Shown here piece by piece: positions 12,298 to 27,982 of a DNA stretch of 64,000 nucleotides. Position 1 is the stretch's first letter, and each line of letters opens with the position of its first letter. The stretch is from Lingula anatina (Eukaryota; Animalia; Brachiopoda): contig CM120642.1 of NCBI GenBank assembly GCA_051362555.1, positions 9,114,001 to 9,178,000 on the forward strand. The letters run 5' to 3'. The notes below the pieces were generated by a model, which worked only from the letters and a program-made list of their open reading frames with translations, did no database searches and was not told the DNA's origin. Position numbers and translations under genes: made by a program.

Positions 12298-15200
12298 TCA
12301 AGACTTAAGAACGTCTGCCAGGTCCACCATGCCATATTTTCTGTAATGAAAATATTATCTGTGATTCCTTCCATTACCAATGAATCAGCAGATTATAATG
12401 AATACACAGTTTGCATACATACATGATTTATATGCACTAAAATACCTTAATTGCGATATAATCCTGTTATCAAATTGAACTTTTTTATTCTCGATTACTC
12501 TCTTATGAATTAATTTTCCCAATATATATACCCCTTGAAAAAGTGAATTTCTGACTATTTCTATTAAATAAGCAAAATGCTTCTAATGTACCTTTTGAAA
12601 AAGTCAAACTCTTGCCATTCTTAAAAAGGAAAATTTGCAATGGCAAACATAATGCATAAATCAAAACATTAACTAATAGAAGGAGAAATAACATGTGATC
12701 ACAGGAACAATTAAGATTATTTACCTCGCCACTTCTTCACCATTCAGTCCCAGAATAGAGTCCCTGGTTTTGTGGTCTACTCTCACCAGCTCAGTGAGGA
12801 AAGATCCATAGGCCATCACCACCTCATGGTCATGACCTGATATGAAATGAAATGAAAAAATAGCATAACTCTTCACCTTCTAACTCGGTCAATTGTTCAT
12901 TATTTCCTACAAATCTCACAGAACAGGTTTGAACTGGCATTAACTGAATTTAGCATGAACATCATCCAACTCAAATCTTGGGGTAATTTAAATAATTTTT
13001 GGTCCCAGTCATTCACAGGATTTATCAAACAAAACAATTACAAAATTATTATATATTTAAGATTTTTTTAATGAAATTAATTTTTAAACTAATTTAATAT
13101 TACCTTGACATTTGGATAAGAGATTCATCACAGACTGCAGCCAGCCACTGTTAACAACCACACCAGGTAACCATGGATACAGTGAAAGACAAGCTCCCAG
13201 CACTTAAAATTAAGTCAGCACTGAGTTATAATTTTTTAACTGCAGTGCATTTTGACATTTACATTAAGGTGCAACATTTAAATGATATTTCAAGATGTTA
13301 CTTTAACTATTTTGAAATAAAAAATACATATTCTTCTCTCCAGACTTGTCTTGATTTCATTCTGTTTTACCACCATGGCCATGCTAATAATACAAATCTC
13401 TAACAGAAAATTAAGCAATTATTGCCGGTAACCAAAGTTTATGCACAGAAGTCTCATATATACTAGCTTGTCCCCAGTAATTGATTATTTTCTAGTTCAT
13501 TCATACCTTGCATTCCTAGAAACCACAGCTCTGATATTTGATCCCAATCCTTCAAGAAATCTTGACTCAGCATCATCACATACTTTCCCCCTTTGGTTCC
13601 TTTATGTGTGTGTGAGCTGCCCAGAAGTTTCAAAGATGCAGTGAAAAATTTTTTCAATTCTGACTCCGGCTGATCTGTGAGCTTTGCCTGATGTTTGAGC
13701 AGCATAAGTCCAAGAACATCAACATTAGCCATGAGAACTACATACTTCTTGTGTTCAGACACTGAAAAAGAACAGCAATTGGACTCTACTCAAATTGACA
13801 CTCAAAGACACACACAAAAAAAACATAACTGAACACAACATTATCGTAAAATATACTTCAATGATTTTTTTAAACATCAGACTTAAAGAAAAATACATAT
13901 TTGTCAAATTACAGCAAAACAAATACAAACACTTTCAAGTTTTACCTACCAAGTGTTGGCAAGTTGGTTACAATGAATTGTGAAATTTCTCTAAAGACAG
14001 AATGTTCAGTTGCTAATATGGGCTCCGTCACTGTAATATTGAGGAATATTCCACAAAGAGTGGCCAGTGCTACCTGCAATTGAAAAAAAAAACATCTCAA
14101 AAATATAAAAAAGACAGGGTCACTTATCTGTTAAACATATCCAGTTATGCTAATGTTCTTTTAAGATTAAAATCCGTTTCAAATGCAATCATGTAGATGA
14201 AAAGGTGTCTATCAAATGTATACTCCACTACATTTTCCTTGAAACATTTTTACATGCTTTCTTCAGTATAATAACAATGCTATGACAAACAACAACAAAG
14301 GGTTAATTTACTTATAAATAATCAATAATGGAGGTTCTAAATGTGTCTTAAAGATACCATATAGGGAACACAATGACACGCACATCAAATCATTACATCC
14401 CATCTCTTATGAAACCTAATTAGCCATATAGTCCATCAGTTAAACAGGCTAAAGTATTAGCTGGCTAAAAGCAGAAACAGTTACTGAACAAATTTACAGA
14501 ATTTCACTGGCAAAGCTTTATATTAAGTGGGAGATTGAACATGTCAAGGATTACACAGATTTTCAGGCACTCGGGTTTTACCAAAAACCCACCTCTGCAT
14601 CTCTGTCAGTCCCAGAAATAAACTTTGTCCACTGGAAATTCAGATATTCTGCTAACAGAACATGTCCATCATGGTCTATAATCATTTTTCTAGGATCATC
14701 CTCTGCAGTCAAATGACATAAACATGGCAATAAAAATCTCAACAAGTCAATATTTTCTGAGAAAGAGCATGTGCTATTGTAAGGCTGCAGGCTACATGTA
14801 TCTGTTAGTTCTGATTTTTGAGATGTCTTGGAGTCCTGCAATTCCGGAGATTCCACTTCCATTGGTTCTTCAACACTACTGGTATTTTCACTGTCTGTAA
14901 TGTTTGCCTTGCTAGAACCTTCTGTGTTGTTTTTGATGCCATGATTACTAAATGTCTTCATTTGTGCTGATTGATCTTTAATTATATTAAAAGACTGCCA
15001 ACTGAAAGAAAAGTTTAGACATGTTTAGAGATAATTATTTTTCAATTTTTTCACCTACCACTGTCAACTGGTAAAACACTTTAAAACTTGAATGTGCTTT
15101 CAAAATAGACCATAATTATTTAATGTCAATGTGAGCAAATCAATGTGAGCAAATCCTAGCAATAAACTTTGCCAAAACTACAGGCTGTTGAGAAAAATAA

Positions 15201-18200
15201 CTTTTTGAATGTCAGCATAAACTAAGATCAGAGACCCATCTATCTAAGCACAAACCTGACAGTTATCAAATAAGGCAGTAAGTTGTAGACATCCTTCCTC
15301 AGTGCAGAGGTCTCCTCCGCCAACCAGGCCCCCAGCACTCTCACTGAAGCATATACCAATGGCACAGCTGGCTACAAAAACAAATGCAGCAGTTCAAAAT
15401 CCATTATCACATATATCACTCAGGGTTGCCATTAATATTGGTCCATTAATAGGCCAGGTGTCAGTCATCATCTGCTATTTTTTTTCTATTGTTATGTATG
15501 GGTTGTGAATTTCTAGGAATGGTGGAGACAAATAAATGAATTGGTCTGTTTTTCCTGTATTATCTGTATATTCTCATTAAATAGAATGTGAAGCTATGAT
15601 CTCAACTATTCCATCATAAAAATTGTAAACAAAAAACATGTTCACATTTGACAAAAGCAGGCCACAATTCATTGCCACCGAGAATAACCATACCTTATCT
15701 ATTCCTTGAGAAGACATCTCTTGAATGTAGAATATAACTGCATTGAAGGCCCCCACAAGGGCAGAGTGCACCTGTTTGATCTGGGTCTCCTCCCACTCCA
15801 ATGAAGGACCCTCTATCATATAACTGATAATATGCTCTAGTAGCATGTAACAATAGGTAAGAAGCTCAGATTTTTCTTCAACCTACAAAAAGATAATGAT
15901 TTCATTAACCCTGTGATATCATCCACTTTGTTTCAATTGCATCAGTATCAAAAACATACAGCAGTGTGATAGAGGTTAAATCATAGGCTTTTCTTCAATC
16001 TGAAGGAGTAATAGTTTCAAGAGCTCTGTGAAATTTGGGTATTGAACTTAAAAAATCTATAAAGGAAATGAAATATCACAAAAAGTCTAATTCAGCTTCC
16101 AGAACAATGAGAAAATACATTAAGATAGTTATCTGTTCAATTCCTTGTCTAACACAAAAGTAAACTCATGTTTTAATCCCTGAAAAAAAAAGAATGAAAG
16201 AAAAAAAATAAAGTTTGGAATTATCCAATACCTTGGGAAAAAAACGATTCTGGACTACAAGAATACTTATCATGTTTTACCTTTTCTAAGCTCTGGTTTT
16301 CTAATCCCATTCTAACCTCTATGCAGATAAGATGGATCAAGACTAGAAGAAATTTTCTTCCACGCTCTCTCTGGGAAATCTGTAGAGCCCAAGGAACTCC
16401 AAGAGTGTCTACCATCACAGAGGACAACTTTAATGCTGGTTCTCTCTGAGGCTGACCTAAGGACAGAAATGGAAAATATATATATAGCAATGTTAAAAAC
16501 AGGTATTGCATCAAATTAATATGATAAAATAAGATAAGCTGGGATACAAAGCTTGTTAGCACATCATATGGAAAAAATTGGATCATTACAACTTCTGTAA
16601 GCATCTTTTTTCTCCCATAAATTGAACCATGCATTTGTCATAAAATGCTTTTTCAAGCTCTTACCAATCTTACTCTGCAAAATGTTTGATAACTCTTCCA
16701 AAATGGCTGCACTCCATGTTCCAGAGTTTAAAGTACCCTTATAAATAAATCAAGAATACAGTTGAAGGGAAAACATTTTATCAGCAGAAAAATTACAGAG
16801 GTGTTGAAAACAAAAACATACAACTGTGCAATGTGCTATAATCAAGTCATAAATATATATTTTCATTTGAAACAATCAACAAACAACTTTTAATCACATA
16901 TATCTTACAACAACCTTAGAGGATGAATTCTAGCTATTTAGAAAAAAATCCAAAACAAAAGACTGCCATTATGGTGTTAGCCTCAAACCAACTCACCTTT
17001 CCTGAAGTAGACACCAATGCATATAAATGTTCACACCATTCAAACTTCTTACTGTCCTGTAAAGTAAAGATAGAAGTAAACAACAGGTAGCACTTACTAG
17101 TAGTGCTATTATGTTTACTTTCTAGGAGAAATTACCCAAATATTCATCTACAGGTCAATCAGCATCTTACTATAACATCTGACTGACCTTTTCCCTGACA
17201 AATTCCTTGACTGAGTGTTCCAGAAGTTGCATCATACTGTCCATGTTCCTTTGCCAAACCCTGTAGCCATCATGGTGCAGAAGATTCAGGAGGATGTTAA
17301 AGGCCTTCTCAGCACCTGAAATATAATGAACCATTAAAAAGATACATATATATACTACTACATTTCATACAGTCACAGTGGATTTAACGCATCTGCATCA
17401 ACTCTTTGGTTTTACTAAAAATAGACTGAACTTGATAATAAGCACCCAGCAATACCAAGTTTTCATTTAAGATAATGTTGTACTACTGCCCAATATTTAA
17501 AACATCACATGTAACAATTAGAGTGCTTAGTTTTTGTGCATGGTCAAGGTGTTCTGTTTCACAATCTAGGTAAACAATATCGCATTCATACAAACAAAGC
17601 AAAATATCCAGTGACAACATAATAGGAAAATTTGTTACTAGAACAACACTTCTTTGTAAACTAGCCTTACCATAACAGCCATTTACAATTGCACTGCACA
17701 ACTTGGGAACCGTTTCGCCTTGTCCAGTTATACTTCTGCCCTCTGGTGTCAACACAATGGCAGTTAAGCACTCATAACAACTGTCTACAATGCCCTTATC
17801 AGTTTCATCTTCAGGTTCTGACACACATATCAGATCACAGAAAACTGGTAAATTAACCAACATCTGAGGATGAGTTACCTGCAATGAAACAAATAACTGT
17901 TTTTTTTTTTTTGTTCTTATTCAAATATTTGGAGAGACAGAGATACATATTCTGTAATTCCAAAAATATTTTAAGTAGTTTTTAGATCACTCAAAATATA
18001 TCTTAACCAAGCCAAACATTGTTATAAGTTTTAAGATGAGTTTTCAAAATACTAAAGGGACTAGGCGCTCAGAACAATACGTTATCTTCCTGTGTTTAGA
18101 TTTTGTTATAAAAACATAGCTTAATTTCCCCATAAAGTCGCCCTCATGTCATTTGGACAGCCATGCAGTTTCAGCAGATGTCCCATATTTTGAATGACAA

Positions 18201-19464
18201 CTAAACTGCATACAAATTAATCCATCTTATTATCACTCAACACAAAAGAGATGGATCTTTGAACAATTCACTATATACAGGGGCAAATCCAGAGATATTT
18301 TCTGACAGTCTTCCAAATTATCTTTGTTGATCCATCCACCATTTTTGACCGCCTTCCGACAGAAAAAATTACATACCCATCAATGTAAACTTGAAAATCT
18401 GACCGTCTTCCGGAAGACCCAGAAGACTGCCTAAATCTGCCCCTGATATATGCCACATTTTAAATCTGGTGTGATACAAAGAGTTCCAGAAGATTCGGTT
18501 CACACAAAACACAAAAACACAAACACTCATACCATTGTGGGATCTGTGCAAAAAGACTGGGTACACATACACACAAACACAAACCTACCATTGCGGGATC
18601 TGTGCAGAAACATGATAGCACTGTCACTCCCAGGGACTTGAACATTTTCTCAGGGCAATCTTCTGGACATTTCTCTGCAAAGGAATTTTTGTTGAATTGG
18701 AAATCAATTTTATACAGTTCAAACACAAACTTTGCTATTATGTCAAACAATTATAATTTAGCAAAATGCATTTACAGAGTATTTAAATGTTTTTATCATT
18801 TTATACTTATCTCACAAAATTTAGAAGCAAAGAAAAATTTCATTCGTATTGCACATTGTATAACTGTAAATACAACTGGTTTACAATGAGCTCTGACAGT
18901 TAAGATTTATGTATGGTTTCTTCCCTACTTGTTTTTAGAAGCCTGTTTATAAACTTGAAACCCACGGCCTCAAAGAGCTGGTGTCTGTCATCAGGACCAC
19001 ATTCCTCAGCACGGACCACTTTAGTAACCTTCAAGTGATATGGTGTTGTTATTTACTTGACGCCAAATCATGAAAATGCTTTGTGTGCACTAAATATTGT
19101 CTGTGATATTCAGTCTTAATACATCATTTTTATTTTTGTTTTAGTTAAAAACCAGAAAACAGACCTGGGGTGAAAGAAAACTTTTTTCAGCAAAACACTG
19201 TTTCTTATCTTGACCTATTCCTTCCAATGAGTACATATATAGAAAGACTCTCTCAAATGTTTGTTAAGATTATGATATGGTTGAGTCGGGCAATTTCAAA
19301 TTCAATTTCAAATGTCGAATATTGATATTTGTAAACATGAAATGCAGTAATTTATACAGGTCAACCTAGGTTCAACTTACCATTAAAAGAGCAGCAAACC
19401 TGTCATTGTCCGATTTTGCCGATTTCAGCATGTGAAGGCATCTTTTGAGAGTCGGATTTGCCAT
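12298..19464 (-). CDS. NCDN: Neurochondrin (~15 exons; includes 19381-19464, 18929-19028, 18589-18674, 13507-~13761, 13104-13202, 12725-12836, 12298-12340)
   Basis: N-terminus [28 protein letters not shown]|VTKVV...[13 protein letters not shown]. Internal motifs [52 protein letters not shown]-terminus [13 protein letters not shown]. Some internal exon borders are approximate. Confidence 0.92.
18278..18445. mobile_element. Short hAT-like MITE in an NCDN intron
   Basis: Imperfect TIRs CAGGGGCAAATCCAG ... CTAAATCTGCCCCTG. No exact 8-bp TSD. Confidence 0.55.
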
Positions 19465-20734
19465 CTCAGTACCACAGATCGTATATTATACACGTGCTTT
19501 CTCTCTCATTTCTATGTTCATTTACCTACACCACGCTGTACGTACGACAATAACCTCTGACCTTGAGATATACACTCAGCTCAGAGCGGAAGTAGCTCTT
19601 CATGAGACCACAATCCACCTACCAGACCAGTGGCTCTTCTAACTGACCGCGTTGGAATAACGCGAATTTTAAAGCATTACAATATTTATCACTTTCTTCG
19701 TATCTAAACTTGAATTATTTGCAATGATCCATCAAATATTTCATGAGACATTATGCAATCTATAAAAAACAATGGTCATGGAAGGCAAAGGAAACCATTG
19801 ATTCTAGGGCACCAAGCAGCTAAGAAAAAAGTGACATCAAATGTTGGTTAATAAAACGTCAAATAATCCAAATAATAATACTCAGCGTGGACGGGTTTAT
19901 ATATTTTTCCAGGTAACTGAAAGAGGCTTGATATATAGGGTAGAGCCTATATTCTATTTGTTAAGGGGGCAACGATCAATTTAAGCTCGTGCAGGTAGAC
20001 TACATGTAGGCCTACATTCTAAGAGAATGTTGAAACGCGACAGTGCAGATATGTATATTCCATGTAATGCAGGCAAATTACTATTACCAGGTTATTTTAC
20101 GCAACTCAAATGCTATCCACATGCAAAAATTAATAAAATTCATTAAATTAATTATAGTAACTCAAATCGGGCTTTAGAACTCCACCTTCTACAAATGTCT
20201 GATGTCCATCAAGTTAACGAAGTCCGGAATAAAAGGAAAAAAGAAAGAGAGAGAGAAAAAAGAAACGAAAGGTAATTCTTTGATATTCCTTTGTTTTATT
20301 ACCAGTGTGTGTGAATTTAGTGGTCTGAAGTAGCCATTTGATTATTTTATAGAACCCGAAATATTTTTTTTTCTTATTAATTATTAAAATAGTTAAACGC
20401 GTATTTGTAACCAGGAAAAAAAATTGTATCTTGTGTTGCTGCTAACATTGCACCGTGTTTATTATAAATTTAGGGGGGGGGGGGCATTTTATTGCGCGAA
20501 TCTGGAAAAATATAATTATATGTGGACGTTTCCTCACTCTTAGATTCATCTACAGGTCTAGTTACCAGACTGACTTTTCTTACGGACCTGACCAAAAAGA
20601 CACAAGGGGTAATTCTAAGACAGTATAGTTAATGGTGAAGTAACAAGATTCTGGTTTTTAAAAGTGAATTCTGACCACAATGTTGAGGGGCTTGCATCAG
20701 TTTCCAATTCCTACCCCGGCTTTAGAGCATCTTA

Positions 20735-21583
20735 GACTGGGTTCCCACACATTTAGATCGATCCATCTGGATCGACGTAACTCCCTGGGGGTTCACGCTA
20801 AATTGCTGTCAGCCGAGCAAACACAAAAATTACTTACAGCTTTTAGTAGGGGGAACAGACATTTAAGCCGGCTAAGCTGACAGCAATCTAGTGGGACTCC
20901 CCATGGGGATAGATCCATCTAAATTCTGTGGGAATGTTTCTTTAAGGGTACATTCCCAGAGATTTAGAAAGACCTAACTCCCTGGGGGTTCACAGTCAGC
21001 CGAGCGCGCACCAAATAGTTAATTACCCCCTTACAGCTTATGGTAGGCGGGACAGACGCTTCAGCCGGCTAAGCTGACAGTAATCTATGGAGACTCCCCA
21101 CAGGGATAGATCAATCTAGAATCTGTGGGAATGGGGTCTTAGGGTGCTTTCCCAGAGATTTAGATCGATCTAAAGATTAAGATTTAGATCGACCTAACTC
21201 CCTGGGGGTTCACGCTAAATTGCAGTCAGCCGAGCGGGCACCATAGTTAATTGCCCTCTTACAGCTTTTAGTAGGCGGGACAGACGCCTAAGCCGGCCAA
21301 GCTGACAGTAATCTAGTGACTCCCCACAGGGATAGATCGATCTAAACATCTATGGAAATGGGGTGTTAGAGTGCATTCCCATGGATTTAGATAGATCCAT
21401 CTAGTTCGACCCAACTCCCTGGGGGTTCACGCTAAACTGATGTCAGCTGAGCGTGCACGGTAGTTGATTACCCCTTAACAACTCTTAGTAGGCGGGACAG
21501 ACGCTTAAGCCGGCTAAGCTGACAGCAATTTAGTGAGACTCCCCATGGGGATAGATAAATCTCAAGTCTGTGGGGATGGGGTC
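20735..21583. repeat. Four head-to-tail copies of a ~195-225 bp palindromic MITE-like unit
   Basis: Units start at ~20735, 20946, 21142 and 21369, each separated by TTA/TAA. Each has terminal inverted repeats (TTCCCA-AGATTTAGAT ... ATCTA-A-TCTGTGGGAA) and internal arms (TGCTGTCAGC ... GCTGACAGCA). Confidence 0.85.
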
Positions 21584-22217
21584 TTAGAAAAGCGAACAGA
21601 AAATGAGAGCCAAATATGGGTTTTGGTTAATTTTGATGCAGTATTACCAATTGCTAAAAAGCTTGATCACCACCACATTTAAATTATACCATTTTGTGGA
21701 CATGGAAAATCTCAAGTTGTGTTGCAGATATCAAAGGTACTAATAGCATTTATGCGATTGCAAGAACAAAACTATATGGAACTTGAGAATGAAAAGACAA
21801 GTTAAAATGCAATCAAGTTTATTTTTCAGATATCCATCAGAGAATTAACTACCTCAAATTAAAACGGGACAGTTTTTTATTTCTTGTGAGAACAGGTGAT
21901 AGCCAATTACTACACCGCTCCACAGAGCATGTATTGTCATTTTACAGTCCAATTTGAGAATCCAACTTTACACCTCTATTTTAAGAGTTCGTGTGTCCAG
22001 GTAAAATAAAACTGCGTTCCTTTACAGTGAGACTTCACTTTCATAAACTTTCAGATTGAACTTTCATAAAAAAGGAAATTTCAGACACTGATAGGAGAAA
22101 AATAGCCAAAATAAAAATCACAGGAAAGCTGTTATTTGAGTAATTAAGACAGTTCTTATGATAAATTACTGAAATGCTTTTGATCTTGCCAGCAAACAAG
22201 TTTTGGTCAACTGAAAA

Positions 22218-24603
<2,386 letters not shown>

Positions 24604-25077
24604 CTAACACGTCTCAGCTTATATACTCCACAAACTTATCTAGAAAATACTATTGTCGAGTCATCATTTTCACATCCGTTATCTATCAGCTGACTCCATC
24701 ATCTCTATTTATATACGATGACGTGTTTCCTTAACCTGATGATCACGTGATTTCGTTTTGCAATCGTGACTTGACAAAAGAACCGAAAATCAAACTCCAA
24801 AGGTCAACGAATACCTCAAGTCTACCCTTTGTTATGCCTTTATAAGTATCTTGATATTAAAATCCCTAATATTATGCGAATACCAAGAAATTATGCATAA
24901 CATTGGCCATTTACTCAAAATACGAACAAAGAAAATATTGGAAATCAAAACCCAGTTAAATATCCATTTTTACTACCCATCTAAAGAATACAGAATGTGA
25001 GAAACCTGGACTAATGCTTAATTAATTGTACAGTAATAAGATTCAGTGATTTTTGATGACATTAAAGAAATATTTAC

Positions 25078-25150
25078 CCGTATTTTTCTGCAGTGAAATG
25101 CTAGCGATCTCTTCAGCAAGTGCTTAGTCAGCTTCTTTCCTGCTATTTGC
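25078..25150 (-). other. Probable non-coding first exon of polyubiquitin
   Basis: Acceptor TTCTAG lies just before AATCAACATG (~24560). Candidate donor CGG|GTAAAT at 25077. A 5'UTR intron directly before the ATG is typical of polyubiquitin genes. The upstream boundary is a guess. Confidence 0.45.
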
Positions 25151-25597
25151 CGACGCGCAGAATAAATAGTGTACAATTGATTATTCAGGGTCACCGCTTA
25201 AAAAAAGAGATCCAAATTAACCATGCAAAATAAATGAAAGACAAATAATCTTATGATATTTGAAAGCAGGACAAGGCCAATAATACATTTTCTGAAATAA
25301 GAAATGTTTGATTTGAATCAAATTGACACATAATGGAAATACAATTTTACACGCGCAATGATATTACTTGAGAAAAAGGGCTATCTTGATTTGACCTCAA
25401 AGTTGATTGGTTAAATGCCATAAACAATAGTGCAGCGAGATTTTTTTCTTATTAATACTTTTAACTCTGAAGCAAATCATTACATGAATTGTTTTTGTTT
25501 ATATGTAAGGATATAATATTATAAATCTGTTTCATTTTAGAAATAAGTATTCACGTTTATCTGCATTCTTCTCCTTTCTTAGAGATTTCCACATCAC

Positions 25598-25643
25598 CCA
25601 ATCAAAGCTCTTGTTCTATATCAGCAAATGAAATTTTCCCACG
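25598..25643 (+). promoter_or_regulatory. CCAAT box plus a near-consensus ER stress element (ERSE) upstream of calnexin
   Basis: CCAAT at 25598-25602. CAAAT-N9-CCACG at 25625-25643, one mismatch to CCAAT-N9-CCACG. A probable non-coding first exon ends at the donor AAG|GTCAGT (25769). Confidence 0.55.
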
Positions 25644-26391
25644 TTTTATGCACATGGCCAAACTTTACACCGGCAATAGGGAGATGATTATAGCATTTCT
25701 TTGCTAAATTTTTTTACGATCAAGTATCAAAGTACCTGATTTAGGGAAAGAAAGTTTACTTTCAGCAAGGTCAGTATGTTTAGCACGAAATCTCATGTTA
25801 AAATTAAAATTTCCCTAAGAATATGAATGAAGCATCTTTGCGCTGAAAGAGATAAACCACAATATTATTTTGTCTTCGCTGTTCAGTCTCTTTTATACAC
25901 TACACTCCAGTGTACAACACCAAAAACTGCACTACACTGTGCAGTAGGTAGTGTACTGTAGTTATAATTGCAAGGTGTCTGCTAGTTGAAGATGCGAGGG
26001 GCAATAGAGAGAAAGGGTGGGGAACGTTCCTCCATTTGAAAAAAGAAAGCGGGAGCAAAAAGTTGTAAATTGAATTATAATTATTTTATTTCTTTAAAAT
26101 TTTAAGACAATATTTTTATTTCTTGATTATTTTTGTCAAGCTCCAGAATTTACTAAGATGACGGTCTGGATGAAAGGTTATTGTTTTCAGAGTAAACTAA
26201 ATGACTGCACTTGGGTATTATTGTCATAATTTCATCACATGGACTGCTGTAATCAATAGCTCGATCGATCATGTTAATTCATATTCATAAATCTTAATGC
26301 TGAGATATATTCTTAGACATCACTTAATTGATCTGAATTGTCTTTTATGCCAATACATTTCAGAATAAAAGGGAAGAGTATCAAAACAAAG

Positions 26392-27938
26392 ATGAATAGT
26401 TGGATGTTTTTAGTGTTGATGCTGACTGTCTGTTGTCACATTGTGAAGTCAGAAGGTGAAGCGGAACCTGTAGAAACTGAAAAAAAGGTAAAGAAAATTT
26501 ACAATAGTATTTCATGATATATAATGATTTCACATTTTTTGCTGTGGTGGATAAGATCTTTTTATAATTTAGTCTAAAATCACTTACAGTCCTGGTCCTG
26601 AAATATTTATTGTTTGCATGTTTGTGTCACTGAATGTCGTATGATCATATTTGTGGTAATTTGTATAAATGTGTAATTAAATCTTCATTTACTGTTGTTG
26701 TAGGTCCAGTATTTCCCACCAGAAATTTCTGGAAGTCCACATTTCTTAGAGACATTTGATGATCCTGGTGTTTTGAATAATAAGTAAGAAAGTAAACTAG
26801 TTAAATCTTTTATAAGTTTCAAGCAAAGGAAGTGTTCTTTGGGCATTGCAGTAAAAATAAACCATGTAATGATTAATTGCAGTGCTGTCATTGTAAGCCC
26901 TTTATACTTAATGATAATGCTGGGTTTCAGTAAATGAGTCTAAAACCACATAAAATTACTAATGAAAACCACACTAGTAAAATATAATGTATTAAAACAC
27001 ATCAAATTATGTTAGGTATTTTTTAAAATAATGAAATGAATAGTGAAATTGTCAAATGCACATTACAATGATTTAACTTATAATTGTTTTTAGATGCCCT
27101 ACATCTACATTTGATGGAATAATGATCATAGGATTTTTAAGTCATAACATTTTAGAATATTTCCTTTTATTTTTCTGTTTAATAGTAAAATTCCCTTTGT
27201 TATAGGTGGATTTTATCAGATACAAAGAAAGATGACACAGAGGAAGCCATAGCAAAATATGAAGGTCAGGAGATAAGTTGACAGACATAAGAAATGTTCA
27301 AAGCTTTGTTTAGCTAGTCTGGCTTCACTAATATTGTTGATATGCAATGTAACACCCATTGTCCACAACCTAAACCTTCACTACCTAAATTGATGAATGC
27401 ATATCTTGATTTGAAGCACCAATCCATGACAGACTAATGACAATTTCTGATCAGGTCTGAAATATGAAAGCAGTTTTTCTCAACATAACAATAGTTGCAC
27501 ATATCCCCTCTTAGTGTTTCATTGCTGTGATGACCTAAGTTCTCCGAAAGGTTGGTGATGATGGTAATTAATGTTTATCCCAATGGCTTGGTAAACAATT
27601 ATTTAGCACAATTAGCAGAGTTCTAGTCTTAGTATGAAGAACCTCAATGTACACAAAGAGATGAGGTGAGGTAGAGGAAGTGGTTGCTGTGAGCTTGCAT
27701 AAATTAAACCTGTGGAATTCATCAGAAGTATTCTTATTCCACTACAGGCATGCTATTTCATGGCATTCGTTGTTAATTGTCTCTGCAGTGTACTTGAAAT
27801 TCATATATTGCTGCTTTGGCAATGAGTGGAATATTTTTGTTGCATTGTTTACAAATGATGAAGTAAACAAAAAGAAAATAACGGGCAAGAGTCTGACTTA
27901 AGGTAAAATGTTAAGCTCAGTTCTTCATTCTGACAGTG

Positions 27939-27982
<44 letters not shown>

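Noticed and set aside
20735-21583. Possible CRISPR-like or tRNA-array reading of the palindromic repeats (also the 16-bp repeats at 52267-52440)
   Set aside because: There are no unique spacers, no cas genes and no A/B boxes or cloverleaf, and the context is eukaryotic. MITE structure explains them.
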